Source: Histomonas meleagridis 2922-C6/04-290x
Lineage: Eukaryota; Protista; Parabasalia
Assembly: GCA_020184695.1 (NCBI GenBank)
Contig: JAANOX010000082.1
Span: forward strand, 124,001 to 188,000
Direction of reading: 5' to 3'
DNA length: 64,000 nt
The notes beneath the pieces were generated by a model. It searched no databases, was not told where the DNA came from, and saw only the letters and a list, made by a program, of their open reading frames with translations. Shown here piece by piece: positions 30,660-41,368 of this stretch. A program made the translations under genes and the position numbers. The stretch's first letter is position 1. Each line of letters opens with the position of its first letter.

Positions 30660-31202
30660 ATGATAAAAACCGTTTTGACACTTTTTAGACCAATGCTAAC
30701 TGTTTTTCTTTATCTTGCAAGCCTCACAGCACCCAAATACATAACAATTTCTGTGTCCGACTTTTATCAAATGGAATACGAGATGAACACACAAGGTACA
30801 TCATATGCTGTTGAACCTTCTAATTACAATATAAATAAAACTGTTTATGTAATGCGCGAGAGTGGTGAAAGAGAAGATGGTTCTAACTATACATCTTACA
30901 AGGTTACTGGAACTACACAAGAATTAGCAGAATTAAGAGCTTCATTGAACTTAATTTCTGATCCAATTTCAAATATTTCCGATTATACTCAACAAGGATA
31001 TACAGTTAAATTCATCTTTCTTGAAAAGGCAGCTTCCTTTAGTCAAATGAGTACTTTCTGGGTGAATATAGTTGTATGGATAATTTTCATTGCAGCAGCT
31101 TTATCTGGTTATTTGATATGGCACTTCGACAACTATAGCAAAGATCCAAGGAACTCATTGTTGTTCGTAACCGAAGGAAATAGGATTGTCACAGGTGAAT
31201 AA
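30660..31202 (+). CDS. Single-pass membrane protein, possibly ATP6AP2/renin-receptor-like V-ATPase accessory subunit
   Basis: Signal peptide and a C-terminal TM FWVNIVVWIIFIAAALSGYLIWHFD followed by DPRNSLLF, resembling the Renin_r tail (MDPGxDSILY). Confidence 0.5.
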   Translation: MIKTVLTLFRPMLTVFLYLASLTAPKYITISVSDFYQMEYEMNTQGTSYAVEPSNYNINKTVYVMRESGEREDGSNYTSYKVTGTTQELAELRASLNLISDPISNISDYTQQGYTVKFIFLEKAASFSQMSTFWVNIVVWIIFIAAALSGYLIWHFDNYSKDPRNSLLFVTEGNRIVTGE

Positions 31203-31571
31203 ATAAATAATTATCCATTTTCATTTTAAATGTTTATAACTTCCTACTGAAGCAGCAATTAACTGAGACACATATTGTTACAATAAAAATTTAGAGTCAG
31301 AGCACACTGACTAAATTTAGCAAAAAATTCCGAAATTTTAAATTCATTATCTTCATCATTATTCTCTTGTATGGTATAATAAAGGTAAAAAAGTTTTTTC
31401 TTACTGCATTACACGTTATGAAATCTTAAATTAAATTTGTGCGCAACAAATGTCATTTAACACTATACAGTGAATAATCCAAAGATTTGTTATTAATAAC
31501 CAAGAAAAAATTTTATCGAATTGTTTACATATCAATTGAGAGTTGGAATTATTTCGCAATGATTTATGAAT

Positions 31572-32711
31572 TTATTTTAAGTCATCTTTTGCAAGTTCAC
31601 GCGCGAAATTTTGCAATATGTTCTCGAACTCTTCGACCGAGTCCGCTCTCAGTTTTTTGATTTCGATGATTGAGACGTCGTAAACTTCGTCTTTCAAAAG
31701 TTGAATGGAAAAGCCGGTTTGAAACGGTTTTCTTACGAAGACTTTGAACCTTGATTTCCCGCCTGCGGAAGTCAAGTTCGTGTCAGGCCCATCGAAGAAT
31801 CTGCGAATTGTTTCTTCGATTTCGTTAAGTGTCTTCAGCGACTCAATAATGAATTTATTTGATGTTTTTTCAACTTCTCCTAATCCAATGTCATTCTCAT
31901 CTCTGTCTTGTGCGAGCCATGGATGATTCAAAAGTTCGTCAACTGATGGCCTTTTTGCAGGATCATGTACCAAAATTTTCTCAAGAAGATCATTAACTTT
32001 ATCGGAGAAATATGGTGGGAACTCGATGCTGTGCTTAACAATTTGTTCCCCAAGACTCGCAATTTGGAGGTTTGGAGGATCATCTGGTTTGGAAATAAAA
32101 GGAATATGACCAGACAAAATACTATACAGAAAAATGCCACATGCCCAAACATCTGCTTTCTTGCCATCGTATTTTTCGCTGGTGAAAATTTCAGGTGCTT
32201 GGAAATTTGGAGTTCCATAAGCACCTGAAACAAAACCATCGTCAGGAAGAAACTTAGCATTGAAAAAGCAGCCAAGTTTGAATTTTCCATCAACAATGAA
32301 CACATTTTCAGGACGAATATCAAGATGAACAATTTGATTAGAATGCAAATGTGATACAGCAACAAGTAGGTCATTAAAGATGATTTTTGCAGAAGATTCC
32401 TTCAGAGGGAATTGAGATCTATAATGATGAATTAAATTAACATCTTCAGATTCAACAATTTGAAAATAAACAGAATTAAAAGTAGACTCTATAAAACTTT
32501 GAATAAGGTTGTGATGAACAGATCCAAGAACTTCACATTCGGCACGAAGTTTATCGATAAATCTTGTTGATAAAACTGCTTTCCTATGAACGCAGTGTGC
32601 AGTGCATTGATTACTACCAATTTTTGAAACCAATTTTCTGCGTACGTATGGACCTGGCATTGGTGTTTCTTCGAGAATTCTGTATCTTCCGCTTGGATCT
32701 TCTGTATCCAT
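31572..32711 (-). CDS. CAMK-group pseudokinase with a KA1-like C-terminus
   Basis: The C-lobe is intact (YGTPNFQAPE, DVWACG, RPSVDELLNHPW), but there is no Gly loop or VAIK lysine, HRD reads HLDIRPEN and DFG reads CFF. Confidence 0.8.
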   Translation of the reverse strand: MDTEDPSGRYRILEETPMPGPYVRRKLVSKIGSNQCTAHCVHRKAVLSTRFIDKLRAECEVLGSVHHNLIQSFIESTFNSVYFQIVESEDVNLIHHYRSQFPLKESSAKIIFNDLLVAVSHLHSNQIVHLDIRPENVFIVDGKFKLGCFFNAKFLPDDGFVSGAYGTPNFQAPEIFTSEKYDGKKADVWACGIFLYSILSGHIPFISKPDDPPNLQIASLGEQIVKHSIEFPPYFSDKVNDLLEKILVHDPAKRPSVDELLNHPWLAQDRDENDIGLGEVEKTSNKFIIESLKTLNEIEETIRRFFDGPDTNLTSAGGKSRFKVFVRKPFQTGFSIQLLKDEVYDVSIIEIKKLRADSVEEFENILQNFARELAKDDLK

Positions 32712-33044
32712 TTTAGTTTTGTAAAATACTCAAAAAGTTTTACATTGCATTTGACTCGAACTTTATCCACTAAAATCACTTGTATTATCAAAATAAACAA
32801 CAAATTTACCCAATGCTCAAAAAATTGCTTTTATTTGTCTGATGTTTAGGCATTGAATTAAGCTCATCGTGAATTTGATTTAATCTCAAACTCTGATCCA
32901 AAAATTCATAAACAAACACATAATGACTTTACCTAACTAAGATGTGCAATTCTCGTCAAACTGGTGAATAAATTTTAATATTAAAAATATTTTAAAATGC
33001 TTTTACATGCTGACAGAGTTTGTTAATTTTGACACAAAATTCGA

Positions 33045-33345
33045 TCAAAGATATTCAATCTCATTTTTCGGTCTCCCCAACTTAGTACACCACCGTCCAT
33101 ATGGTGGTGGGGTTTTTTTGTTCCACTTCGCTAATTTCTTCGAAATATATTGTTGTTCGGATTCAGTAAATTCCTTACCTTCTATTTCGTAGAAGCTTGG
33201 AAGATTTGGGTCCCAGTTTGCGATCATCTCAGACTTAGAATACGATAAATATTCATCAAGGATGACAGGATCATTCGTGAAGCGATGTTCTTTGCTCATT
33301 CGGAGTTGATCGTTTATGCATTCTCCGTTTAAGTTACAAACAATA
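33045..33345 (-). other. Unassigned ORF fragment fused downstream of the transposase remnant
   Basis: Open frame ILISIVCNLNGECINDQ..WDPNLPSFYEIEG..GRPKNEIEYL*. The upstream part of the track ORF is an alternative frame of the transposase. Confidence 0.3.
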
Positions 33346-33349
33346 GATA

Positions 33350-33933
33350 TTAGAATATAATGATTCATTATTCCTCCCAGATCTGTACCAGACGTATTTT
33401 TTATCTGATTCTCGGCAAAATCTACTCTCATCTGAAAAAATAAATTTTTCAACTTCAATTTGATTTCCAATCAAAGACCGACAGAATTTTAAACGATTTT
33501 ATTTTTGAATTTCGTATAAGTTTGAGCCCTTTTTTGGCGGCCTATATTTGTAACCAATAAAACTTAAAGCTTTGGATAATGTGGATTTTGATACTCGTGT
33601 TTTTGTTTGCGAATAAATTTCATCCCCTATTTCTACTAAAGTATGTCTTCCATTTTTACTGAGTATATCATCAATAATTTATAATTTATTCTCATTCATT
33701 GAATTCGGTCTTCCTAGAAATTTAGCATGGCACATGTAATCCTGGCCATTATCAATAGAAGTATGAACTTTTATAATCAAATCATGACTGATATGTTTTC
33801 CATGAAAATTCTGCTGCCTAGCTTCATGTTGCGACATACCTAGACTTTTAAACGCTGCTATTGCTTGAATTCGGTTATTTTTTAAATCGATATCTTTTTT
33901 ATATTTGATTGACATTGGAAAAATGTTTTGCAT
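33350..33933 (-). mobile_element. Decayed IS630/Tc1/mariner transposase (HTH domains plus first Asp of DDE)
   Basis: GRPNSMNENKL*IIDDIL..TLVEIGDEIY..VSKSTLSKAL..YKYRPPKK, then after a frameshift NRLKFC..FIFSDESRFCRESDKKYVWYRSG. Truncated thereafter. Confidence 0.82.
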
Positions 33934-34275
33934 TTTTTACTTATATTTTGTATAGTTTATTAGTGTCACTTTTGATAACTTTTTGAACAGCCCAAATTTA
34001 TAAATTCAGTTTATATATTAAACTTGCGATTTCCACCCATCGTATATAGCGATCATCCTACGATCTTGATATTATGAATATATAATATATGTACATAGTT
34101 ACATCTATGATTAATATAAATCTAAGAATAATATCATGATGAGCACGAGATAAATTTATTCTTTCATTCCAAAAAGTGACAAAAATCGACTTTTGCATGG
34201 TTTATATCAAACGATAGCAACAACGATAAGTGACGATAGGAGCGAATTTGAATGATGATAAATATTATCAAAATT

Positions 34276-37200
34276 TTACTTAAACTTCAAGTAAATTGTT
34301 GGCGTTTCAACATTTCTTCTGTTTTCATCACTTTCCATGATAACACCTACTTGTATCATACCTTTTTCTTCAGGCAGTTTCATTCCAGCTTCCTTCACAT
34401 ACACATCTGTAATTTTTCTATTTGCATATTCCTCTTGTCTTTCTTTCGACAACAAAAAGTTATTATTTGCATAAACAATTGTTGTACCAATCATTATAAT
34501 CATTGGCCTTAGTTTATACTTTTCAACAAATCTTTCATTGAATTCTCCAACCGTCAAATCGCCTTCAATTATCCACTTGTCCCACATAGAAAAGTGGTAA
34601 TCAATTTCTTTGATGTATTTCATATCACATTTCATCGGCTGAATAAATTGAAAAGACGCCGTTGAAATGTTGATGAAACCGTCTTTGAAATCTTCCAAGT
34701 TTTTCTTAGAAATATTGTGCACTTTTAGCATTTCTAAGGTTACAAAACCGCAGATCATTGATGTTGTCGTGGCCAAAGCAGGGATTATATTGCCAGCAAT
34801 GCCCTTAATTTCAAGTTTATTACTTGTTGGTATCCGATATGAAATGGCTCTTAAGTTAGCAGCTGCACTAATAAAGTCAATATGACCATTAGTGTTATCA
34901 TCTTTTTCAAATTCTTGGACATTTAACAGGGAATCATTGTTTCTAACGTCAGTTAATTTCTTGCATAATGATTGTACCTTACTAAGAAATGCCTTGTTGG
35001 AATTAACTCTCTTTTTCTTTGTATCATCATCATTTTCATTAGTATTTATGATGTTTTTACTTGGCTTCCATTCAGGTACTTCAACTTCATTTGCTTTAAT
35101 ATTTATATTATTAAAATCAATTTCATTAATGTTATAAATTTTGGCGTACAAGAATGCTGCTGATTTAATAAAGTCAACATGAAATTCATTGTTGGCATCA
35201 TATTTTTGAATCTCTGGAATACGTCGACTACCAGTCCAAAATGGTTGTCCGTTCTCGACTTTATCTGGTGGGTTTTGGTATAATAAGTCTCGATAATAAA
35301 AGTTGAATAATTCTTCAAATTTGATTCGCGCAATTTTGATACAGTCATCAAAGTTATGAGGCTTCTCTTCAACTAAATATTTATAAGCCGACTCTAATGT
35401 CTCTAACAATGTGCCTGGATCAGATTTTAACATTTTTTTCACATAGCCTTTGTCTTTGATGTATTGATTAATGTTCGACGGTTTTTGTGTGAATAAACCA
35501 TAGAATGTGTCCTTGGCCCACATGGTGCAGTGGTTGATGTTTGTGGGGAATGAATGTAATGTACATTCAGGAATACCTTTGGTCGGGGGATCTATGTAGC
35601 TGCCATAGCTTTTAGTTAAAAATGGGACAATGATTTGGAAATGTCCCATTGGTCCTAATGTACCACTTTCTAATAATGGCTTTTGGTAATAAATACATTG
35701 GGAATCATTGTAAAGACGAGTTTGTTGGTTATCTAATGCGTTACAAATTCCATCTAATGATTCATAAAATGAATTAGTATAGATATCTTCAGACTCAGGA
35801 CCTACACGGTTTTGTTGTGGTTCGATTTTAAGAGATGGATTCATCTTTAGGACAGAATTTGCAGCAACCATTGATTTGGATTGACCAATGTTAGAATTCC
35901 GGAACAAAAATTGCCGATTGAGGTTAGAGCGTTCGATTTGGTCCATATCTGTTACATAGATCTTACCATTTGGTCCAGTTGATAATCCCATTAATGCCCA
36001 ATTCTTTAAGATTTCACAACCAATGGCACCAGCGCCTACCATAAAGTATCGTAAGTTTTGTATTTTCTCTTGTTGTGCGTTTCCAAAAATTAATCGGTAT
36101 GGATCATATCGATCATTTTGTGGGATGTATTGGATATCTTCTAATGGTGGCAATGCTTCTATGTTGCTATATTCGAAGAACATTTGGATTGGTGTATATT
36201 TAGATGATACTGATTTAATAGCTTCTTGACCTGCTATACCTCCGAAAATTGATGATGTCTGTGAAATGACTGCATTTTCACGGACAAATTCTTTAAGTAA
36301 TGTTGTGTCTATTATTTCGACTATTTGATATTCATTATTAACTTCTTTTGCGCACTGAATAAAGCTGTCAAAATCGATGTCACTTTTGCCTAGGTCCAAA
36401 TAACGGTGTAAAGCTGTGAATGCCAAAAGTACTTGATTTTCTCTCCCGAAGTTTGTGAAGTCTGCGTTAATACATTCAGGGGATTTAATGGCTTCGGTAT
36501 AACGCTTGAAATGCATTGTAACTGGTAAGATAATTTGGTTGCCATAACCGTTGCCATTTTCACATGTATATGGATGAAATGATGATGTATCACCAATGGA
36601 AAAAGACTTTTGATCAATCACCTTAACCGGAAATTCACGTCCATTTAATTCAGTCATACCTTCAACTTGATCAAATATAACATGATCACCATTAGATAAA
36701 CCATGTTCTTCATGATCACCGATGACAACAACTCCTTCTTTATCATTGGTTACACCTGATAAAAGAAATCTGGTTGGCTTTTGACCGGATGGTTCTTGAA
36801 CGAAAAAGTTATCTCCAAAGTCATTAAAGATAGAACCAAATACACCTCTTGTTTCAGTCATTATGAACTTGATATTGTTATCATGACAAAAGTTAGAGTA
36901 TTCAATAATTTGAGATTCTTTCATTGGTGTAGTAAAAACTACGCAATTAAATTGTTGCAAGAAACTATTTGTAAGTTCAACTGTAGAAGCTGAAACAGAA
37001 ACATATTCATTTAATTGGATTAATTTTGATAATGAAGCCATTGCTCTATTTTGACCGATATCTTCTTCAGTCAAATAAAATTGGGAAGCGAGGTCTTCCA
37101 TTGTTGTTTTTTCCGTGTCATGAATCGTTACATTTTTTATACCAGCTAGAATCACATTTTTAGCGATTTCAACACCTAAACCACCCATTCCAGAAATCAA

Positions 37201-37314
37201 AACAGAAGAGTTCGACATTCTCTTCATTGCCTCAATCCCTAAAGCATAAATTTGGCGACTATAAAGATCTTCATCGATTTGAGTTTCTGTTGGCTTCGAC
37301 ATTAAGGATGACAA
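34276..37314 (-). CDS. UBA1: Ubiquitin-activating enzyme E1
   Basis: LYSRQIYALG, GMGGLGVEIAKN, VGAGAIGCE, DMDQIERSNLNRQFLFR, catalytic PECTLHSFP and AGNIIPALATTT. Confidence 0.95.
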   Translation of the reverse strand: MSSLMSKPTETQIDEDLYSRQIYALGIEAMKRMSNSSVLISGMGGLGVEIAKNVILAGIKNVTIHDTEKTTMEDLASQFYLTEEDIGQNRAMASLSKLIQLNEYVSVSASTVELTNSFLQQFNCVVFTTPMKESQIIEYSNFCHDNNIKFIMTETRGVFGSIFNDFGDNFFVQEPSGQKPTRFLLSGVTNDKEGVVVIGDHEEHGLSNGDHVIFDQVEGMTELNGREFPVKVIDQKSFSIGDTSSFHPYTCENGNGYGNQIILPVTMHFKRYTEAIKSPECINADFTNFGRENQVLLAFTALHRYLDLGKSDIDFDSFIQCAKEVNNEYQIVEIIDTTLLKEFVRENAVISQTSSIFGGIAGQEAIKSVSSKYTPIQMFFEYSNIEALPPLEDIQYIPQNDRYDPYRLIFGNAQQEKIQNLRYFMVGAGAIGCEILKNWALMGLSTGPNGKIYVTDMDQIERSNLNRQFLFRNSNIGQSKSMVAANSVLKMNPSLKIEPQQNRVGPESEDIYTNSFYESLDGICNALDNQQTRLYNDSQCIYYQKPLLESGTLGPMGHFQIIVPFLTKSYGSYIDPPTKGIPECTLHSFPTNINHCTMWAKDTFYGLFTQKPSNINQYIKDKGYVKKMLKSDPGTLLETLESAYKYLVEEKPHNFDDCIKIARIKFEELFNFYYRDLLYQNPPDKVENGQPFWTGSRRIPEIQKYDANNEFHVDFIKSAAFLYAKIYNINEIDFNNINIKANEVEVPEWKPSKNIINTNENDDDTKKKRVNSNKAFLSKVQSLCKKLTDVRNNDSLLNVQEFEKDDNTNGHIDFISAAANLRAISYRIPTSNKLEIKGIAGNIIPALATTTSMICGFVTLEMLKVHNISKKNLEDFKDGFINISTASFQFIQPMKCDMKYIKEIDYHFSMWDKWIIEGDLTVGEFNERFVEKYKLRPMIIMIGTTIVYANNNFLLSKERQEEYANRKITDVYVKEAGMKLPEEKGMIQVGVIMESDENRRNVETPTIYLKFK

Positions 37315-37481
37315 CGGTTATCGTCGTGGCAAATATTTTTTACATTTTGTCAATTTTCAATAGAACATAGACCTAACAAACATTGTCAAATCTACGTCAC
37401 CGGTTCATTAAATTAATTTGTATAAACTCAATGAAAAATTAAAACTATCTCAAAAACCTCAATACTTCAAAATACAATAAT

Positions 37482-38939
37482 ATGAAGCTGCCTTTAAAAC
37501 CCTTTCTTTTCTTCTATTCTTTTATAGTATTTGGTTTCATAGCTATTGCTGTTTTCCGCGGTCATTCGAAACCTGGTGATATTTATGTAGATAGACATGG
37601 AGAATCTTGGAGAATTCCGTCCGACGGTGCTATAACTTCTGTATCAGATTGGTTAATATCATCAATACCAAGATTTACTCGTAAGTTCAGTTTAATCAAC
37701 CCAGATTTTGATCTAGAAAACGACGATTATCTTGACTCATCAGTTATGTACATTTTGTTGTTCAGTGTTCTTGGAGTGCTTTTGTTGTTGATTTATATTC
37801 TTATTTTGATTTTTAGATATTGTTGCAATTGTTGTGGAGGAAAACAATTACCACGTCGAGGATTTTCACAAACAGTTGTTAACTCAGCACGTATTGGAAT
37901 CATTGTTTTTACATTCCTTTTCGAAGGCATTCTTATTTATGGTTATTTTGCAAATACAGATTTTCATGTCTCTTTACGAAAAGTTTTTGATGTCTTTGAT
38001 CAAGTGCCAACAAAGCTTGAAGAGAACATGACACAGTTTATTTCAACACTTCCACAAACAACAAGTAATAGTCTTTATAACAAATTTCGTAATGAATTCG
38101 AACAAGATCTTCGTTTTTCAGTTCGTTATGCCAAAGGTCAATCTCAAATTATGGGAAATCTTATCAACAAATTTGAAGATGCTCGTATGGCTGTCATTTT
38201 AATCAATCTTATTCTTGCCACAGTTTCATGTTCCTTTGGTATTGTTGCAGGAAGTATTTACCGTGGATGTTTCATGATCATTATGGTCGTTTTGAATGCG
38301 ATTGCATGTGTTTTCTTCTTTGTTTCAACCGGAATCCATTTTGCAGGCAGCAAAATCATATATGAATACTGTGATGAAATCTCATTCTACATTGATGATT
38401 CTACTGTTGAGAACATCCCTATGCGACTTCAGTTCTTTGTCCCATGTGTGAATTCACCGCTTTACCCAGTTTTTGAGGACCACTATGTAATTTTAGCGGT
38501 TAACTCAGTCAATGAATTCAATGACAAAATGGTCGAATATTATCCCATCACAAACGCATCAAAGGCATACTGGTTCAACATCACAGACCCTTATTACCAA
38601 CAAATTAGTGCCAACAGGACTGATCTGAATGCATTGTATGCGCAGGCTAAGAACAAATCTACAAATTTGGCAAATCTCGAATCAATGAAACAATGTGAAT
38701 TCTCAAAGAACGAAATGAGAGGTGAAAAATTCTTGTTCTGTTCCTACATGAAAGACAATTTGGATATGTTGATGTTATCACAATTTGTCGGTTGCATATT
38801 AATCATTATTATAACATCAATCGGTGTTTCGGCAATTAAGAAATTCGAATGGGCTGGAAATGCTGGGCTTGGAGGAATAGCAGCTTCTGCAGCAACTAAA
38901 AAGAAAACAAAGCCAAGGGCAAAGAGGCGGGCAACATAA
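37482..38939 (+). CDS. Tweety/prominin-like multipass membrane protein
   Basis: Five to six TM segments, a Cys cluster CCNCCGG after a TM, large helical loops and paired extracellular Cys. Confidence 0.62.
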   Translation: MKLPLKPFLFFYSFIVFGFIAIAVFRGHSKPGDIYVDRHGESWRIPSDGAITSVSDWLISSIPRFTRKFSLINPDFDLENDDYLDSSVMYILLFSVLGVLLLLIYILILIFRYCCNCCGGKQLPRRGFSQTVVNSARIGIIVFTFLFEGILIYGYFANTDFHVSLRKVFDVFDQVPTKLEENMTQFISTLPQTTSNSLYNKFRNEFEQDLRFSVRYAKGQSQIMGNLINKFEDARMAVILINLILATVSCSFGIVAGSIYRGCFMIIMVVLNAIACVFFFVSTGIHFAGSKIIYEYCDEISFYIDDSTVENIPMRLQFFVPCVNSPLYPVFEDHYVILAVNSVNEFNDKMVEYYPITNASKAYWFNITDPYYQQISANRTDLNALYAQAKNKSTNLANLESMKQCEFSKNEMRGEKFLFCSYMKDNLDMLMLSQFVGCILIIIITSIGVSAIKKFEWAGNAGLGGIAASAATKKKTKPRAKRRAT

Positions 38940-39207
38940 TATTTACAATAAATGTATCTTCTTTATGTTGTTTTTGGTAATAAAAATGTAATTTAATTCA
39001 AAGATATTCATTTCTATGCGCTGTCATCCAAAAAACAGTGGCAATTAATTGTTGTCTTCGAAGACAAAAAGTTTCTCCTGTAAAGAAATACCAAACTATC
39101 AGATGAAATATGAAAAATAGAACTCAAATATATGATGACTTTGCTTAATATAAACTATATATGCACATATAAATTTAAAACGTTTTTCAATTTATTTATA
39201 TGAATTT

Positions 39208-39570
39208 CCATTGTCAATTCCTTCTTGTTCAAGAAGTAATTTAACTTATTCTGTATGACAATTTTGTGATGCTTTTATAAGTGCTGTTCTAAATAATTTA
39301 AATAATTTCCAAATATTATTTGGAAATAAAAAATTATTAAAATTTATTTTGTATTTAGCATTTATTTTCATTCCTTCTTTTTCTAAAATAGTTTTGACAA
39401 GTTCAACACTTCCAAGTTCCATTGAAAATTTTAAAATATTTTTTGAGATTTAATTGAATTTAAGAAAATATTTTGAACGAAATAAATTTCCTGTTAATAC
39501 AGCTTCATTAATAATATCATCATTGATTTTCATTCCTTCTTTAACTAAAAATGAAAATATTTCACATTTT
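39208..39570 (-). pseudogene. Ankyrin gene remnant with one 51-nt spacer
   Basis: FSFLVKEG..SMELGSVELVKTILEKEG..NAKYKINFNNFLFPNNIWKLFKLFRTALIKASQNCHTE*, with frameshifts and stops. Confidence 0.75.
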
Positions 39571-39948
39571 CATCGAAATGATATCTTCAAATATTTTTAT
39601 GATCATGAATATATTTAAATTGAGTATAATAAACCATTTAAATTTTTCATAAAAAGTGCCATCAAGCTTTATAATTTTTCCAAAATTAGTTATCCTGTGT
39701 CTGATCACTGTTTTTATGAATTCGCTTTTGAGCAACCTAACAAAGTTAAACCTTTTAGTGGCATTGATAAATTTATATATGGAATCATGATTTCTTGCTT
39801 TTATTCTTAGTACACCAAAAGATGCACATTTCATTTTTAACGAAAAAAGCAATATTTAAATCAAGTATAAAAAAAAATTGACCCTTTTTTTTCTTCTTTA
39901 TTTTCAAATATGATTATGATTTGGTTGAAATGGTATCAAAGTTTTATT

Positions 39949-40133
39949 GAGATTCTTCTGCTGAGTTATGAGAAAAAGTTGTTAGAATATGCATGAATAA
40001 CATATTTTCTTCTACCGACGATTATTTTCCATCTAAAAAGTTTGCAACCGTAAAATATTTGAATGGTAAATCACGGTTTTTAAACCGTCAAGCAAAATAC
40101 TACTTTTTCTCGAAATTCAGCAGAAGAAATCTC
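39949..40133. repeat. Short imperfect inverted-repeat pair (possible MITE relic)
   Basis: GAGATTCTTCTGCTGAGTTATGAGAAAAAGT pairs with ACTTTTTCTCGAAATTCAGCAGAAGAAATCTC. Confidence 0.45.
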
Positions 40134-40459
40134 TAAATATTTCAAATTAATTAAATTTAGTATATATAAATGCTTATATAAAATTTTTGAGAGAAAAAAA
40201 GAGGGTGAGTTTATTAAATCCTTGATGATCTTTTGGCATGTGAGTTTTTATAATAAATGTACTTTTTTCTCAAAATCAATAATATTTGTTTTAGAAAAAA
40301 CCTAATAGCATACTTAACGATGTCATTGTGCACATCAATATATATAAATCATCAAAAAATTATGAAATATTCAATTTATATGAATAAGAGTCATATACTC
40401 AAATAATCCGAATCTAGCCAAATAATTTTTGCTATAAAATTTTATTTATATTTTAAGTG

Positions 40460-41030
40460 TATATGCTCGAAAAAGTAATTACATTTTCTGAAGGGACATC
40501 TCCAAGAGTCGGAACCACAAGAGCGGCTTTATTTTATTTAATATTTCAGGAGAACAATTAAATTAATTCCTCTTCCATTTCAAATTGCAAAAATATTTCC
40601 ACTCCACAAATCACTTCTATTCCTTAGGTCTCCTGAATCATCCATGTCACAGAATTTGAATTTTCCAATTTTATTTACATTATTTCATCCTTTAGAAAAA
40701 ATTCGTCCTATTACCTTTAAACCTCCAGATGCATCTATTTCTGTTCCAAATACACAACTATTGCTTCTCCTAGCAAAAGATCTTCATTTAATGATATGTT
40801 TGATGACGACGAAAAAAACTTATCATACATACAGATTTTAGCTTTGTTGCACTACAAGCTTCTGATGAGCGAGGATATCTTCTTGCATCTTCTGAACAAT
40901 CGATCACTATCTGGAAATTAACAGAGAACTTCTTTTTTCATCACCATATTTTATTCGTTTGCCATCCATATTTTCACCACCTCTTCCTAAAAATATAATA
41001 GATCGTAACGATGTATTTCGTTCTTATTGA
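40460..41030 (+). pseudogene. Fragment resembling the N-terminus of anaphase-promoting complex subunit 1 (APC1)
   Basis: LIPLPFQIAKIFPLHKSLLFLR..FPILFTLFHPLEKIRPI matches my recollection of the APC1 LPFxVxxxWP..LLLxR and PxLFSLxHPLEExxPV motifs. No start; stops on both sides. Confidence 0.5.
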
Positions 41031-41351
41031 ACATCATAATTAAAACGATAATTCTGTATCGATATATATATATATATATCTTGCTTTCGAAAGCAAGTAC
41101 GACTCAAAACACAATTTTGCACACGAATTTTGATTTTTTTGATCTTTATAATATTGTATATAGATATATATATTTTTTGATCAGGTGTTTGGCTTGAGTG
41201 TCTGCTTTTATAAGCGTATAATTATTGATTTACAACTTCGAACGTATCACAGGTGAATTGTTTTTTTATATGATATTGAAAATTGAATGCCAAAAGAATT
41301 ATGAGTTCACAACCACCCATTCAAAAACTGGTTACAACGGTTGAATTTTTG

Positions 41352-41357
41352 TCACTT
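41352..41357 (+). promoter_or_regulatory. Initiator (Inr) motif of the small Cys-rich gene
   Basis: TCACTT 12-17 nt upstream of the ATG at 41369. Confidence 0.55.
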
Positions 41358-41368
41358 CATATTTTAGA

